The position numbers and the translations under genes were made by a program. Of a stretch of DNA of 64,000 nt, positions 14,795 through 30,787 are shown piece by piece. Under the pieces are notes generated by a model. That model saw nothing but the letters and a program-made list of their open reading frames with translations. It was not told the DNA's origin and did no database searches. The DNA is from Octopus vulgaris (taxonomy: Eukaryota): positions 73,594,001 through 73,658,000 of the forward strand of contig OX597830.1 in assembly GCA_951406725.2 (NCBI GenBank), read 5' to 3'. The first letter of the stretch is position 1, and each line of letters opens with the position of its first letter.

Positions 14795-15032
14795 GTGTGA
14801 TTCAAAGCGGGGTGAGGGAGAAAAACAGGAAGGTGTACGTTTGTGTGTGACAGAAATGGTTGAATATACCTCCTAGAACAGCATTAACATACAAATACTA
14901 ACACACACACACACACACATTCGTATGTGCACTAACACATTTTATACGCATTCAGCATATGTATTTAGTACTAAGTAATATGCATACATAGATACATATG
15001 CATACATACATGCATATCTATCTATCTATCTG

Positions 15033-15109
<77 letters not shown>

Positions 15110-15414
15110 ATCTATATCTATATATATATATACAATAGTATATATGGAGATACAAGAAAAATAATAATTAATGCACACACACATATTTGTATAGATATAT
15201 ATGTAAATATATGTATAAATGTATATATATATATGTGTGTGTGTGTATAATCATATACACATACCTGTATACACAAGCGCACACTAAGAGATATACATAA
15301 ACGATACGCATATTTCCTGTACTTACATGTATGTTGACACGCACGCAATCACATATATTTGCAAACACCCGCTTATAGACACACATACTCAAGGACACTC
15401 ACACACACCTATAT

Positions 15415-15451
<37 letters not shown>

Positions 15452-15613
15452 CACAACCCATTATATAATGCCGTACAACGATCCAAATATTCTCTCCTAC
15501 ATACATATTGTTCATATTTCTCTTCACAATTTCTTAATATGTAAATCATATATTCTCAATTTATTTTTAGATTATTCATCAAAATATGAAAACACATGAC
15601 AAATGAAAACGCA

Positions 15614-15663
<50 letters not shown>

Positions 15664-16040
15664 TTTTCTCTCCATTTAAAAACTAAACAAGAGTATTTCA
15701 AACATCATATATATATATATATATATATATAAACACAGCGGCAGACAAGATTATATTTACAGTTTACGCATATAATTTTCATACAAACACACAAATTTAT
15801 TTACATATATGGACGTATAAATGTTTATAAATACATATATCTCACTTTAAATCTCTGTTAACAAATATATGCGAGTGGGTGTGTGTGTATGTGTATGTCT
15901 ATGGGTATTATGCATGTACAGGAAACCATTCATACATGTGCGTGTGTGCGTGTATACTTATATTTTATATATATATATGTGTGTGTGTGTATATATATAC
16001 ACATACATACATACATACATATATACATATATATATATAA

Positions 16041-16129
<89 letters not shown>

Positions 16130-16308
16130 ACTACGTAGGACAGACGACGTAGGATGACCCTAAATGTATGTATCAGTTATCTCCCGCCAGAAATATTAAT
16201 ATATCGTGTATGTAAATGTATGTATGTATGTATGTATGTATGTATGTATGTATATACATGCATGTATGTAGTTACACATTACACGGGCTTCACAGAACGA
16301 TGGAGTTG

Positions 16309-16350
<42 letters not shown>

Positions 16351-16365
16351 GGACTCTCTCTAAAA

Positions 16366-16416
<51 letters not shown>

Positions 16417-16759
16417 GCGTGTGTGAAATACAAGATAGCTAGATATATGTTTCTTTATTGGCCACACAATCCTGAACACAGAGGGGACAAAATACAAAGT
16501 AGAGCTTTTCATTTTGGCAAGAGAAGGCAAAAAAAAAAATGCAAATGTGAGTAGAAATTCGATTCGATCAAAAATGATCGTTAGAATAAAAAAAAAAGCC
16601 AATCAATAGGGAACGTGTATTGCAGAAATGTCATGATGTAAAAAGGAGAAACAGATAAGGTTTATCCATGAAAAGAAAAGCCTACGGAAAAACCTCGGGC
16701 AATAATGTCAGATAGATATATAGATAGATATATAGATAGATTCATACATATATACATGC

Positions 16760-16850
<91 letters not shown>

Positions 16851-17805
16851 GTGTTTCTTTTATGTATTTATGTATATAAATATATATATATATATATGTA
16901 TAGATAAATAGATAGATAGATAGATAAGTATAATGTATGTATGTATGTATGGATGTATGTATGTAAACATATTTATGCAACTTCTATTATACTCATCCAA
17001 GTATAAGTATATTAATATAAATAGACATACACATAAAAGCTTGCGCACACTCATCTACACAAACACCCACAGACACATTTAAATGCAGTAGTTTGTGTAT
17101 GTGAGTATGTGTGTGTATGCGTCTGTCTGTGTGTATGTGTGTTTCCGCGCGCACGCGTGTGTATGTTTTAGACAAAAAGTCTTAAATATCTGATAGAGAA
17201 ATAGGACCGGAATCAGACAGTTATACAAAGATAAATACACAGATACAAAGATCAATAGATAGGAAGAAGTTATAATTCTATGTGCTAGTATTATATCTTA
17301 ATATTCAAAATGTGATATGAAAGGAATGGTTAAATATAAAATAGCAATATTGAATTCCTTGGTACTTCTTTATTCTCCTTAGAATATCTAATTAATATTT
17401 ATTTTATTTATTCATGCGTTTTATATATTGCATAATTATCTAATTAGAAATTTGGAATTAAATTTTACTTTCGTTTTACATTAATATCTTTATATATATT
17501 TATATATTGATCATTCACTTTTCAATTTCCTTAATAATTTGTTCATTGCTTGTATACATACACGCATACATATATACGTGTGTGTGTGTATATATATATG
17601 TGTGTGTGTCTGTGTGTGTGTATAAATATGTATATACATATATATATACGTAGATATATATATATGTACATATATAAATATATATATGTATGAATGTATA
17701 TATGTATATGTATACACATACGTACATGTTTATATATACACACACACACACATATATATCTATCTATCTATCTATCTATATATATATATAATGTGCAATA
17801 TCTAA

Positions 17806-17866
<61 letters not shown>

Positions 17867-17962
17867 TGTGTGTGTATATATATGAGTATATATATATGAA
17901 AATGTTTCTGTGTGTAATACACACGTGCAACGACAAACAAACAGGCACACACACAGGCAAAT

Positions 17963-18014
<52 letters not shown>

Positions 18015-18148
18015 CCGAAATCCTTTTTGTTTCTTAATGCACAATTATATAATTATTTTTCTTTTATTTTGTTTTGTTTTCATCAACATCTTCAGCCAAT
18101 TTATTTTAATAAGTTTTACAATTTTTACTAGTAGAAAATATCATTATT

Positions 18149-18357
18149 AAGGCGGCGAGCTGGCAGAATCGTTAACGATCCGAGCAAAATACTTAGCTGT
18201 ATTTCGTCCGACTTTACAGTCTGAGTTCAAATACCACCGATGTCAACTTTGCCTTCTACCCGTTCGGGGTCTATAAAATAAGTGCCAGCTGAATAATGAG
18301 GTAGTTGAAATGAGGTAGTTGAATCTCCCTCCACCAATTTTCAGGCTTATTCTTAAC
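18149..18357 (+). mobile_element. SINE-A, diverged, followed by a (TTA)n array to ~18740
   Basis: aaggcggcgagctggcagaatcgtta head. Confidence 0.8.
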
Positions 18358-18395
18358 GTAATCATCATCATCATTATTATTATTATTATTAATAC

Positions 18396-18463
<68 letters not shown>

Positions 18464-18528
18464 GTAGTAGTAGTAGTAGTAGTAGTAGTATTTTTATATT
18501 ATCATCATTATTATTATTATTATTATTA

Positions 18529-18606
<78 letters not shown>

Positions 18607-18610
18607 TATG

Positions 18611-18675
<65 letters not shown>

Positions 18676-18684
18676 TTTTGATAA

Positions 18685-18715
<31 letters not shown>

Positions 18716-19136
18716 GTTATTATTAATATTTCTATTATTATTACGCATACATACATACATACATACATACATACACACATACATACATACATACATACAT
18801 ACATACATACATACATACATACATACATACATACATACATACATACGTACATACATACATAAGTGTGTGTGTGTGTGTGTGATTCTTTGCGCATGTGGGA
18901 TGTAAAGAAAATATACTTCGCGGCATTGCTTCTCGTTTAACGTTCAAATGTCACCGAGGTCGAATTTGCCTTTAACTTTTTCAGGGTCGATAAAATCAGT
19001 ACCACTATGACGAAATATAAACAATTTAACCCTTCCCTTAAAATAGCTGGTTTTATGCCAAGTGTGCAAATATCTTTCATTCTATATCGTTACAGTCTCT
19101 ATTCACATAATATTCGTATGTTATTTCTGTCCTGCC

Positions 19137-19182
<46 letters not shown>

Positions 19183-19200
19183 TGTATGTATGTATGTATG

Positions 19201-19253
<53 letters not shown>

Positions 19254-19376
19254 TTACTTATTTATTTATATATACATATATACAAACAAAAATATATATG
19301 TATTAATTTAGACATGGCCTGGACCAATCATTGGTCGAAACATATCTAAGTTTATATATATATATATATATACATT

Positions 19377-19418
<42 letters not shown>

Positions 19419-19633
19419 CAAGAAGGCACACACAAACAAGTGCATGTACACATATGTACGTGTATATATATGTATGTATATATATATATAATACATTTTT
19501 ATATATATATATACATATATATACATATATATACACATATATACATACATATATATATATATATATAAATATATATACACATACATACATACATACATAC
19601 ATACATACATACATACATACATACATACATACA

Positions 19634-19665
<32 letters not shown>

Positions 19666-19954
19666 CATAGCGAGAGCAAGGGATTGAGACAGAGAGAGAC
19701 ATGCATCTACATATATGTGTTCTCTGCTACACAGTCTTTCAAACAGTATATAAATCATATCGATTGCTCCTCTATCGTGTAGATCGTAAAATTAATATTA
19801 ATTAGAAAAGCAGCAATGACCTTTCCATTGCAATATTCTTGTACTATTACCATTCCTTTGTATTATGCATGTATGTGTACATGTGCATGCATGTGAGTTT
19901 GTGTATATATCAGATTGCGTTTCATGTATTTTATTTTATTTGTGTGCATTATCT

Positions 19955-19998
<44 letters not shown>

Positions 19999-20066
19999 TT
20001 ATATATATATATTTTATATATTTATGTGTGTGTATATATATATCTATATCTATATGTATACATATG

Positions 20067-20110
<44 letters not shown>

Positions 20111-20206
20111 TGTATATATATATTTATTTATGTATGTATGTGTATATTATATATATTTGTAAACATATATATATACATACATAAATATAGATATGCATAC
20201 ATATGC

Positions 20207-20244
<38 letters not shown>

Positions 20245-20528
20245 TGAATATATATATCCGTATATATATATGTATGTATATATACGGATATAGACACACA
20301 CACACACACATACAAACACACATGAAGACACATATACGAGTGCGTCTGTGTATGTGTAATGTATATATATATATATATATACAAGCGTACGTATATATAC
20401 ATTTATATAATTATATATATATATATATACAAAATTAGATGTGCTTATATATATATGTATGTGTATATGGATATATACACACATAAATATATATACATAT
20501 ATACATACACACGTACATACATACATAC

Positions 20529-20637
<109 letters not shown>

Positions 20638-20712
20638 TGTATATATGTGAGTAACCGTAGTGGTACAGGTGTCAATCCATTACGGCGAATTCAACTGAAT
20701 CGTATATACACA

Positions 20713-20940
20713 TAGTAATCTCTACTCTGTCGTGGGCGTTACCTTCCAAAACCACACGCGATAGGTGAAAATCTGCGAAGTAGAAACAATACTGTAATAT
20801 ATATTGTTTAAAATTATTTTTTATAATTTTTATTTATTTATTTTATGATAAATGTAAGTCATCAGCACGGAGGAATCGACGTAATTTAAAATTAATAAAA
20901 AAACGTGATAAATGAACTGCTATATGGTGGAGGATTGCTG
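20713..20940. mobile_element. Tigger/pogo-like MITE
   Basis: Degenerate TIRs tagtaatctct.../...aggattgctg|TA and internal cgcgataggtgaaaatctgcgaag typical of Tigger-derived MITEs. Confidence 0.6.
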
Positions 20941-21410
20941 TATATATGAAATAAATAAGAAATACGGAAAATGGAAATCAGATTCTTTATTAATCACAAT
21001 GATCGTTTCGACCCATCATGCATCGGTCTATCACGGCTGACGTACTGGTACAACTGGCTGTGGTGCATCCTTCGGTGCAGATGTGTTTCGTCAGGTGACT
21101 TTTCAAAACGTACCTCGTTTATCAAACTCAGTTTCGCTTGGTTCTATTATAATGCTTGTCGTTATTTGCTTGTAACGGGTAGCCTAAATTTTCGTGGTTT
21201 GGAATGACATGGGATGGATACTTTTCATTCTTCATATAGAGATAATGGGTACATATATATATATATATGTGTGTATGTGTGTGCATGTTTTTATATGGTC
21301 ATTTATTTTTTTTTTCTTGCCATCCTGTGGGACTGAACCCTGAACCAACAGGAAAGAATCTTGCAAAACAAACACATTAAATGGATAAATTTAGATTTTT
21401 TATATATATA

Positions 21411-21566
21411 CGGCGGGCTTCTTTCATTTTCCGGCTACCAAATCCACTCACAAGTTTTTGGTCGGCCCGAGGCTATGATAGAAGACGCTTGCCCACGCAG
21501 TGGGACTGAAGCCAGAGCCATGTAGTTGATAAGGAATCTACTTACCGCACAGCCACTCCAGCGCCT
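21411..21566 (-). mobile_element. SINE-B 5' half
   Basis: Homology to 24616-24780. Confidence 0.85.
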
Positions 21567-22032
21567 ATTTATTTACTAATTAAAATAAACTAATTTAACA
21601 TCTCAAATTCGTTTTACGTGAACAGGCAAAGACTGATGTAATTGATTCAACTAGATCAGTCCTTGAATATTTTGGTCTGAAACTTCAGAACCGCAAAATA
21701 GATTATATAGGTAACGAATATGGGTATGTTATTTATTATATTGTTCATATGAAGGCGAGATAGATTTATTTTTTTCCTTTGAGAGACGAATTATACATAT
21801 ATCGAAATAAACTGAAAAATAGTAAAATTCAAACAAGGACTACTCAATGATTCGTTACACAAATAAATACAACACAACGTGCATATATGCACACACACAC
21901 ATACACACACACACACACACACACATATACATATGTGTGTGTGTGAGAGAGTGTATGCATGTATGTATATATACGTACATATGAAAATAAATAAATGTAT
22001 ATATTTAATGCATCTCTCTCTCTCTCTCTCTC

Positions 22033-22063
<31 letters not shown>

Positions 22064-22064
<1 letters not shown>

Positions 22065-22243
22065 GGTGCAGGAGGGGGTGTAGTATGCAGCTTGGTTACC
22101 AACTACATGGCTCTGGGTTCAGTCCCACTGCGTGGCATCTTGAGCAAGTGTCTTCTACTGTAGTCTCGGGCCGACCAAAGCCATATGACTGGATTTGGGA
22201 GGTGGAAACTGAAAGAAGCCCATCGTATGTACATATATTTATA

Positions 22244-22292
<49 letters not shown>

Positions 22293-22476
22293 CTGTGTAT
22301 GTATGTATGTAGGTAAGTATGCATATGTTTGTGCGTCAGTGTCACCCCAGCATCGCTTGACAACCGATTCTGGTGTATTTACGCCCCCGTATCTTAGCGG
22401 TTCGGCAAATAGACCGATAGAATAAGTACTAGACTTACAAAGAATAAGTCCTGGGTTTGATTTTCCCGACCAAAGG
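22064..22476 (+). mobile_element. SINE-B, 3'-truncated
   Basis: Homology to 24616-25029. Confidence 0.88.
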
Positions 22477-22537
22477 CTGTATATATACAATACGGATATA
22501 TGGAGATATGTTTGTGTGTGTGTGCGTGTGCGAGTGC

Positions 22538-22597
<60 letters not shown>

Positions 22598-22966
22598 GTA
22601 TATATGTATAAAATTATACACACACGCACACACACACATAAATATAAACACTCCAATAAAAGCATTGTTATTGTGCGTACATATATGCGAGGGAGTATGT
22701 GTATTTTTATATGTGTATATGTAGGCATATAGGCATATACATCTATACGTATATGCATGCACACTCTCACACACACGCACACAATATCGATTAAAGTCAA
22801 GTAGGAGACACATTTTGTAAAACATTTGTTTACTAAATATTTCCTAAATGGACATTATATAGTTTTTAATGTTTATTTGCTTTCCTCTCTTTTTATGCTT
22901 GCACATATACATACATATACATATATATACATATACATAAACACGCATACATACATAGATAAGCGC

Positions 22967-23025
<59 letters not shown>

Positions 23026-23169
23026 AAGTTGTTAGTATAGATGAGCGCGCGACAGCACATGTGTGTGTGCTTTATATGAAACAGTAAAAAAAAATTTTTC
23101 AATAGTCAATTTCATATATTGCTGTTGTTGTTGTTGTTGTTCCTATCATTATTATTATTATTATTATTA

Positions 23170-23231
<62 letters not shown>

Positions 23232-23342
23232 ATTATTATTATTATTGTTTTTGTTGTTATTATTAATATTATCATTATTATTATTATTATTTTTATTATT
23301 ATTAATATTATTATTATTATTATTATTGTGTTATTGTTATTG

Positions 23343-23406
<64 letters not shown>

Positions 23407-23410
23407 CATT

Positions 23411-23444
<34 letters not shown>

Positions 23445-23753
23445 CCATGACCATTGTTACCTTCTTATTTCTGCAAGAACGAAACATTGCTTAAATAAAT
23501 GAGTCAAAACGGCAAACAAGATATCATTTATACAAGAATATGTACATATATATACAAATAACATATACATATTTATATATATTATGTGTGTGTGGGTACA
23601 TATGCAATATACATATGTGTGTGCGTAAGTATGCGCGTATATGCATAAGCATATGTATATACAAGCACACACACACGTGTAGACATATTTTATATACTGT
23701 AAATAATGTAACATCAATGCTTATATAAGTAGATGCATTCATTTGTATATGAA

Positions 23754-23819
<66 letters not shown>

Positions 23820-23821
23820 CA

Positions 23822-23867
<46 letters not shown>

Positions 23868-23930
23868 ATTTATTTATTTATATATATATGTACGTATATA
23901 TATATAGGTATATATATATAAATGTCTGCA

Positions 23931-23973
<43 letters not shown>

Positions 23974-24615
23974 ATATATGTACATAGAAATATTCACATT
24001 AACACACACACAGTCATATGCATATATACATACATGAAAACACACACACTCACACACATAAATACACACATAAGTATAAGCATACACGCACACATGCAAA
24101 AACATACGTAAATACAAGCAGACTCTTACTCATACATGCATACATATTGCCATTCGTACATACATACATACATACACACAGGCACTGAAAGAAAAGTTAT
24201 GTCCAGTTACAGAGGTCAGCTGTCCTGCAAATGTGCAAATTTCATTGAAAACCAATGACTAAGAGAATATTTATGAACAACTGTTTCTAACCCGACAGCC
24301 TCACTTCCCAAATTTATAAATTTACATTTAGACCTATAATTATAGATGCACTGGACAGTGTTAGTATTTGCCTAAGTAGCAATCTTGGAAAGCCGGGGCT
24401 TCAAACAAAGGAAGTAGCCATTTAGCATATCATGCACTTCACAATTTCATTCTGTAAGTGTACATTAAAAATTTCTAGGGTTTTTCTAAAGTTCAGTCTA
24501 TAATTCTTGTTTGTTGATGTTGGCGATGAGAATTTTCAACGAAGGAACAGCATTTCCTGGCTAGTAACCATTTCGTACTTTGTAAGGAATTTCAATAAAT
24601 AATAATGAATATAAT

Positions 24616-25029
24616 AGGCGCAGGAGTGGCTGTGTGGTAAGTAGCTTGTTTACCAACCACTTGGTTCCAGGTTCAGTCCCACTGCGTGGCACCTTGGTCA
24701 AGTGTCTTCTACTATAACCTCGGACCGACCAAAGCCTTGTGAGTGGATTTGGTAGACGGAAACTGAAAGAAGCCCGTCGTATATATGTATATATATATGT
24801 ATGTGTATGTTTGTGTGTCTGTGTTTGTCCCCCTAGCATTGCTTGACAACCGATGCTGGTGTGTTTATGTCCCCGTTACTTAGCGGTTCGGCAAAAGAGA
24901 CCGATAGAATAAGTACTGAGCTTACAAAAGGATAATTCCCGGGGTCGAGTTACTCGACTAAAGGCGGTGCTCCAGTATGACCGCAGTCAAATGACTGAAA
25001 CAAGTAAAAGAGTAAAAGAGTAAAGAGTA
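24616..25029 (+). mobile_element. Full-length SINE family B (tRNA-like head, CORE-like ccttgggcaagtgtctt, internal (TA)(TG) microsatellite, (GTAAAAGA)n tail)
   Basis: A/B-box-like tggctgtgtggt...ggttcagtccc; near-identical copies at 28388, 34403, 35717, 52039, 55572. Confidence 0.92.
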
Positions 25030-25641
25030 TAATGCATGCATATTTACGGTTATACTTTCCAAAACAGATTTAACATATATATTATATTTGATAAGTTCTA
25101 GAGAGGAACGAAAGCGCTATTAATAATAATAATAATAATAAAGAAATAAAAGGATTTTTTTTTCTAAAATATATATATGAAATGATTATAATTATAAAGA
25201 ATACGGAGACTGGTTCATAATCCTTTTTTTAATCTTGCAGTTTATCATACAATATTATTTATAACATAATTTGACCTACACGTGTTTCTGTTGCACAGGA
25301 TATGTGCAGTTTCACATGCATTCGAGTATAATTTTCTGTGCATCTTGGTACAGGTTCCTTCAACAAGTGTGGTTCGAAGCGAAATAGTTTTGTTCATTTG
25401 AGGCTAGATAAAAAGGAAGTATACAATATATACATACATATATACATAAATACAAAAATTTATAAATAAAAAGTAAGAGTCAAAAGAAAATGTAGATTTA
25501 GGCAGCTTTTTAACACAACACACCTCAACTACATACATATATACATACATATATACATACATACATACATACCTACATACATCTATCTATCCATATATAT
25601 ATATACATTCACGCATATACATGTATATATATATTAATATA

Positions 25642-25695
<54 letters not shown>

Positions 25696-25856
25696 AATAT
25701 ATATATATACATATGTATATTATGTATATATATGCATATACATATATATTATATATATATATATTTATATATATATATATATATATATACGTATCTATAT
25801 ATCAATATATATATGTATATATATATGTAGAGAGAAATAAAGAGATACACATAAAT

Positions 25857-25946
<90 letters not shown>

Positions 25947-26137
25947 TGTTGTTTAAATGAGTGGTAGTGAGTGTGAGATTGAGGGTGAACATCTGTGTCT
26001 GTGTACGCGTTTGTTTTTTCCTTCAATTATTGTTTCATTAAGCATAGAAATTTTTTCACAAGAGAAGCGTAAAAGTACATCGCATTTCAGAAAACTACTG
26101 GTATATGTTTCTATAAAATTTTACATATACATATACG

Positions 26138-26207
<70 letters not shown>

Positions 26208-26467
26208 TGTCACACAGACTTACACACGCACAAACTCATATATATATATATATATACGATTATTCGAGAAGTACTGATAACTGTCTATTCTGAAAATAAT
26301 ATTTTGTTAGCTTAAAACTTATTGGGGAATACACGGTTTTGGTGTGCTTACGTCTTTATAACCTAGCAGTAGGGCAAAAGTGACTGTTAAAAATTATTAA
26401 ATAGTGGGGTCGAATCCTTCGACGAAAATTCCCCAAAGCGATACTCTAGCATGACCGTAATCTATTA

Positions 26468-26489
26468 AATGAAACTAGTAAAAAATAAG

Positions 26490-26539
<50 letters not shown>

Positions 26540-26559
26540 ACCTTGTTTTTACTAGTTTC

Positions 26560-26562
<3 letters not shown>
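26468..26562. repeat. Fold-back inverted duplication centred on (TA)n
   Basis: 26468-26493 vs 26538-26562 reverse complement (1 substitution, 1 indel). Confidence 0.85.
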
Positions 26563-26614
<52 letters not shown>

Positions 26615-27011
26615 AAATGCATATACGTATGTATAGTGTCTCACTGAAAGAAAAAAGTAACGATCAGTTATTCAAAGCTTTGTTGAAAGAAGGCTTTTGA
26701 TGATAGATAAGGTTGAGGCTATCAATAATAGTCTGTAGAGTAATGCTTTTTTTTTTTAATCCATTCAACGAAGAAAAAAAGAAATCGAAGGTTGCTCATG
26801 AACTCAAATACACTTCTTCTGAAAGTGCCACAAACATTGTGACTATTACAAGAAAGTATCATTCCGACAATTCTCCTTCCGCCGAGAGGCATTGCACTTA
26901 AAAGCGACAAATGCAAGTTATTTATACTATGAGAACTTAGTAACGTCGGGAGATATGAAGAAAATTACATTTTAACGATGAAACTGGAAGTAAAAGCTAT
27001 ATGTATACGTG

Positions 27012-27048
<37 letters not shown>

Positions 27049-27320
27049 ATACACTCACACTTGTATAATGCATACTACCAAATACGTATATATATACCCT
27101 CATATATATATATTGTATGTGTTTTATGTATTCGTACGTATTCTGCAAAGAAATGGTCAATCCCAAGAGTACTATATATATGTGTATACACACACACGTT
27201 CACTCACACACATACACATACATATACATATATATGCGCATATGTATATATATATATGTGTGTAAATATATATATATGTTTCTATTTAAATGTATGCATA
27301 TGTTTGTATCTAAATGCATG

Positions 27321-27379
<59 letters not shown>

Positions 27380-27419
27380 TTATATATATATAATCTACAT
27401 ACATATATATGTACATGTA

Positions 27420-27480
<61 letters not shown>

Positions 27481-27517
27481 GTCTGTCTATGTATCTATCT
27501 ATCTAAGCTCTTTCCCG

Positions 27518-27594
<77 letters not shown>

Positions 27595-27693
27595 CTTATA
27601 CAATTATATATATATGCATACATACAGACACACACACACGTATAGATAGATTAAATAACTGCATGCCCACTTTCATATCTATATGAATATAAC

Positions 27694-27744
<51 letters not shown>

Positions 27745-28112
27745 TATAATTATAATAACATAATATACACACGCACACATATAGACACAGAAAAGTGCGT
27801 GTATTTATATATGTATAGTTGTGTATGTTTAACGGTCTCTGTGTCAATCCACTTCTGTTAACATAACAAACACGACTACGGGGAGTCTTCTCATTTATTA
27901 TGCAGTAACTACAATTTAAATATTTGCTCAGTAATTGCTTTTACTGATATGCAGTATATATAAATATCTACACGAAATTGCATCGACACATGCATGCAAA
28001 GCATAAAATCTCTCCCCGTCGCTCTCTCTCTCTCTCTCTCTCTCTCTGTCTTTTCCCCTCTCTCTCTCTGTCTCTCTCCCCCTCTCTCTGCATACAAACA
28101 TAAATACATACA

Positions 28113-28340
28113 TATTTCTTTACTACCCACAAGGGGCTAAACATAGAGGAGATAAACAAGGACAGACAAACGAATTAAGTCGATTACATCGACCCTAGTG
28201 CGTAACTGGTACTTAATTTATCGACCCCGAAAGGATGAAAGGCAAAGTCAACCTCGGCGGAATTTGAACTCAGAACGTAGCGGCAGACGAAATACGACTA
28301 CGCATTTCGCCCGGCGTGCTAACGTTTCTGCCAGCTCGCC
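28113..28340 (-). mobile_element. Near full-length SINE-A, tail type i
   Basis: Reverse complement of 3729-3964. Confidence 0.92.
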
Positions 28341-28387
28341 ACAGATGCATACATACACACGTATATAAAATATATAAATATATTTAT

Positions 28388-28563
28388 AGGCGCAGGAGTG
28401 GCTGTGTGGTAAGTAGCTTGCTAACCAATCACATGGTTCCGGGTTCAGTCCCACTGGGTGGCATCTTGGGCAAGTGTCTTCTGCTATAGCCTCGGGCCGA
28501 CCGACCAATGCCTTGTGAGTGGATTTGGTAGACGGAAACTGAAAGAAGCCTGTCGTATATATT

Positions 28564-28595
<32 letters not shown>

Positions 28596-28806
28596 CGTGT
28601 ATGTTTGTGTGTCTGTGTTTGTCCCCCTAGCATTGCTTGACAACCGATGCTGGTGTGTTTACGTCCCCGTCACCTAGCGGTTCGGCAAAAGAAACCGATA
28701 GAAAAATACTGGGCTTACAAAGAATAAGTCCCGGGGTCGATTTGCTCGACTACAGGCGGTGCTCCAGCATGGCCGCAGTCAAATGACTGAAACAAGTAAA
28801 AGAGTA
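28388..28806 (+). mobile_element. Full-length SINE-B
   Basis: Homology to 24616-25029. Confidence 0.92.
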
Positions 28807-29424
28807 TATTTGTCTAATACACATACACACTTACAGAAGAACACACGCACAGATTTCCTCAAGTACACGGAACATTAAACATACACACATACATACACAC
28901 ACGCATACACACACATGCGTGTGTATATGTATATATATTATATGTAAGTATGATCCATATATATAACATACAGCAAGAATCGTTATTCAAGTAGAGAACG
29001 TAGTAAGTAGCTTAAAGGGAACAAAAAATGAGAATTTATATAATGAATTTCATAAGCTTACAGCTGTTTCTGCTTCCGCAATGCACCCATAGGGGAGTGC
29101 TTGTGTATCAACCTATAGCTTCGCTGAGGCATATGCTGAAGGACAACTTCAGAAGTCTCAACCTTTCGAAGACGGGACAAAGGGCCGAGATACCTGACCA
29201 CTTACGTTTACTCAAGAAGACTCGTCCTCCTCATCACAAATGTTTTCTCGTCCTCTGGCGAAGAAGATTGGTCTGCAAGAGTCCTGAGCCGGTGCCATAA
29301 TGTAAAAAGCACTCGTGCCAGTGCCACTTTAAAAGCTCCTAACACACACTGTGAAGTGGTTCGTGTTACGAACGGATTTCAGCTACAGAAAACAAGTCAA
29401 AGATGCCTGAAATGATGTTGGAGG

Positions 29425-29540
29425 GGGGCTAGTCTATTAAATCGACTTCCGTGCTTAACTGGTATTTATTTCCTCGACCCCGAAAGGAAAAATAAGCAAA
29501 GTCAGCCTCGGTGGAATTTGAACTCAAAATGTGAAGTCGA
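29425..29540 (-). mobile_element. SINE-A central fragment
   Basis: tcgaccccgaaagg...gcaaagtcagcctcggtggaatttgaactc. Confidence 0.7.
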
Positions 29541-29574
29541 ATGCATATATATATATACATTTACTGTTTTGTTC

Positions 29575-29830
29575 TTACTGTCCTGTTCTTGTTACCACTT
29601 TTACCCTCCGCAAAATATCCCAAATTTTATTTAATTTGCTTTGCGGGAAAGACTGTTTCAACGAAGTCGGGTCTCGCTTCTATGTTTTTGTTTTTATGTT
29701 TTCGCTTCTCATCGTGTTCCACGGTATTTTTATGCCCTGTATCCAAACATGCATGTATATATACATATATGTGTAGATATGTACATATATGTATTATATA
29801 TGCATATATTTATATATTATTTATATTATT
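29575..29830 (+). mobile_element. Diverged, internally deleted copy of the repeat family forming the 31564-32285 inverted pair
   Basis: gtcctgttcttgttaccacttttaccctccgcaaaa...ttttatttaat...tttgcgggaaagactg. Confidence 0.65.
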
Positions 29831-29872
29831 ATATACATACATATACACAAACATGCGTATATACATACACAC

Positions 29873-29928
<56 letters not shown>

Positions 29929-30121
29929 ATTGACAAATGGATTCCGAAGTGAGACGAACATTCATCCTAACGTCGGCCAGTGAAATATCTGATGCATCTG
30001 GGAATTTTGGGGGGAGGTTTTTTAATACTGCGTACTCGCAACCAGCCTCATGCTCGATCGAGATTACCTCGTGTGTGATATAAAAATGAGTGTCTTATTT
30101 ATTCACTGATTACCCGCTCGG

Positions 30122-30182
<61 letters not shown>

Positions 30183-30541
30183 TCTAACACACTAAATCTT
30201 TTTCTTTTCCTACAACAGTATAAAACTGTGCTTTTCTCTTTCTTTATGGTATTAACATTCAGGGAATAAAGGTGTATCAAATAACACAGATCGCGAATTC
30301 TAGGTTTATAAACACTTTCTTCTTTGTGAATTAAGAAAAAAAAAAGCTAATTGTAATCGATCCCGATGGAGAAGGGGAGATAATATACACAAGCAAATAT
30401 GTCCGTAATTAACACGGGTTTCTATCTTAGTCGGCGTCATCTGTGCAACGATTCTCCAGCAGAAGAAATACTTGGGCATATGTAAATAAAATGAAAGGTA
30501 AATAAGCGCACGTGAGCGCACACACATATGAATACATATAT

Positions 30542-30661
<120 letters not shown>

Positions 30662-30787
30662 ATCTATGTGTATAGAAATTTGTATGCTATTATAGCCTTA
30701 TCTACCTTGAGTTCCACAGTTAAAAGGAAGGATTATATATATATATATATATATATATCAAAATAAAAACACGATGCAAAGGATTTA

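Noticed and set aside
25095-25106. gttctagagagg resembling part of miR-10-3p
   Set aside because: Only 12 nt, no 5p arm or hairpin
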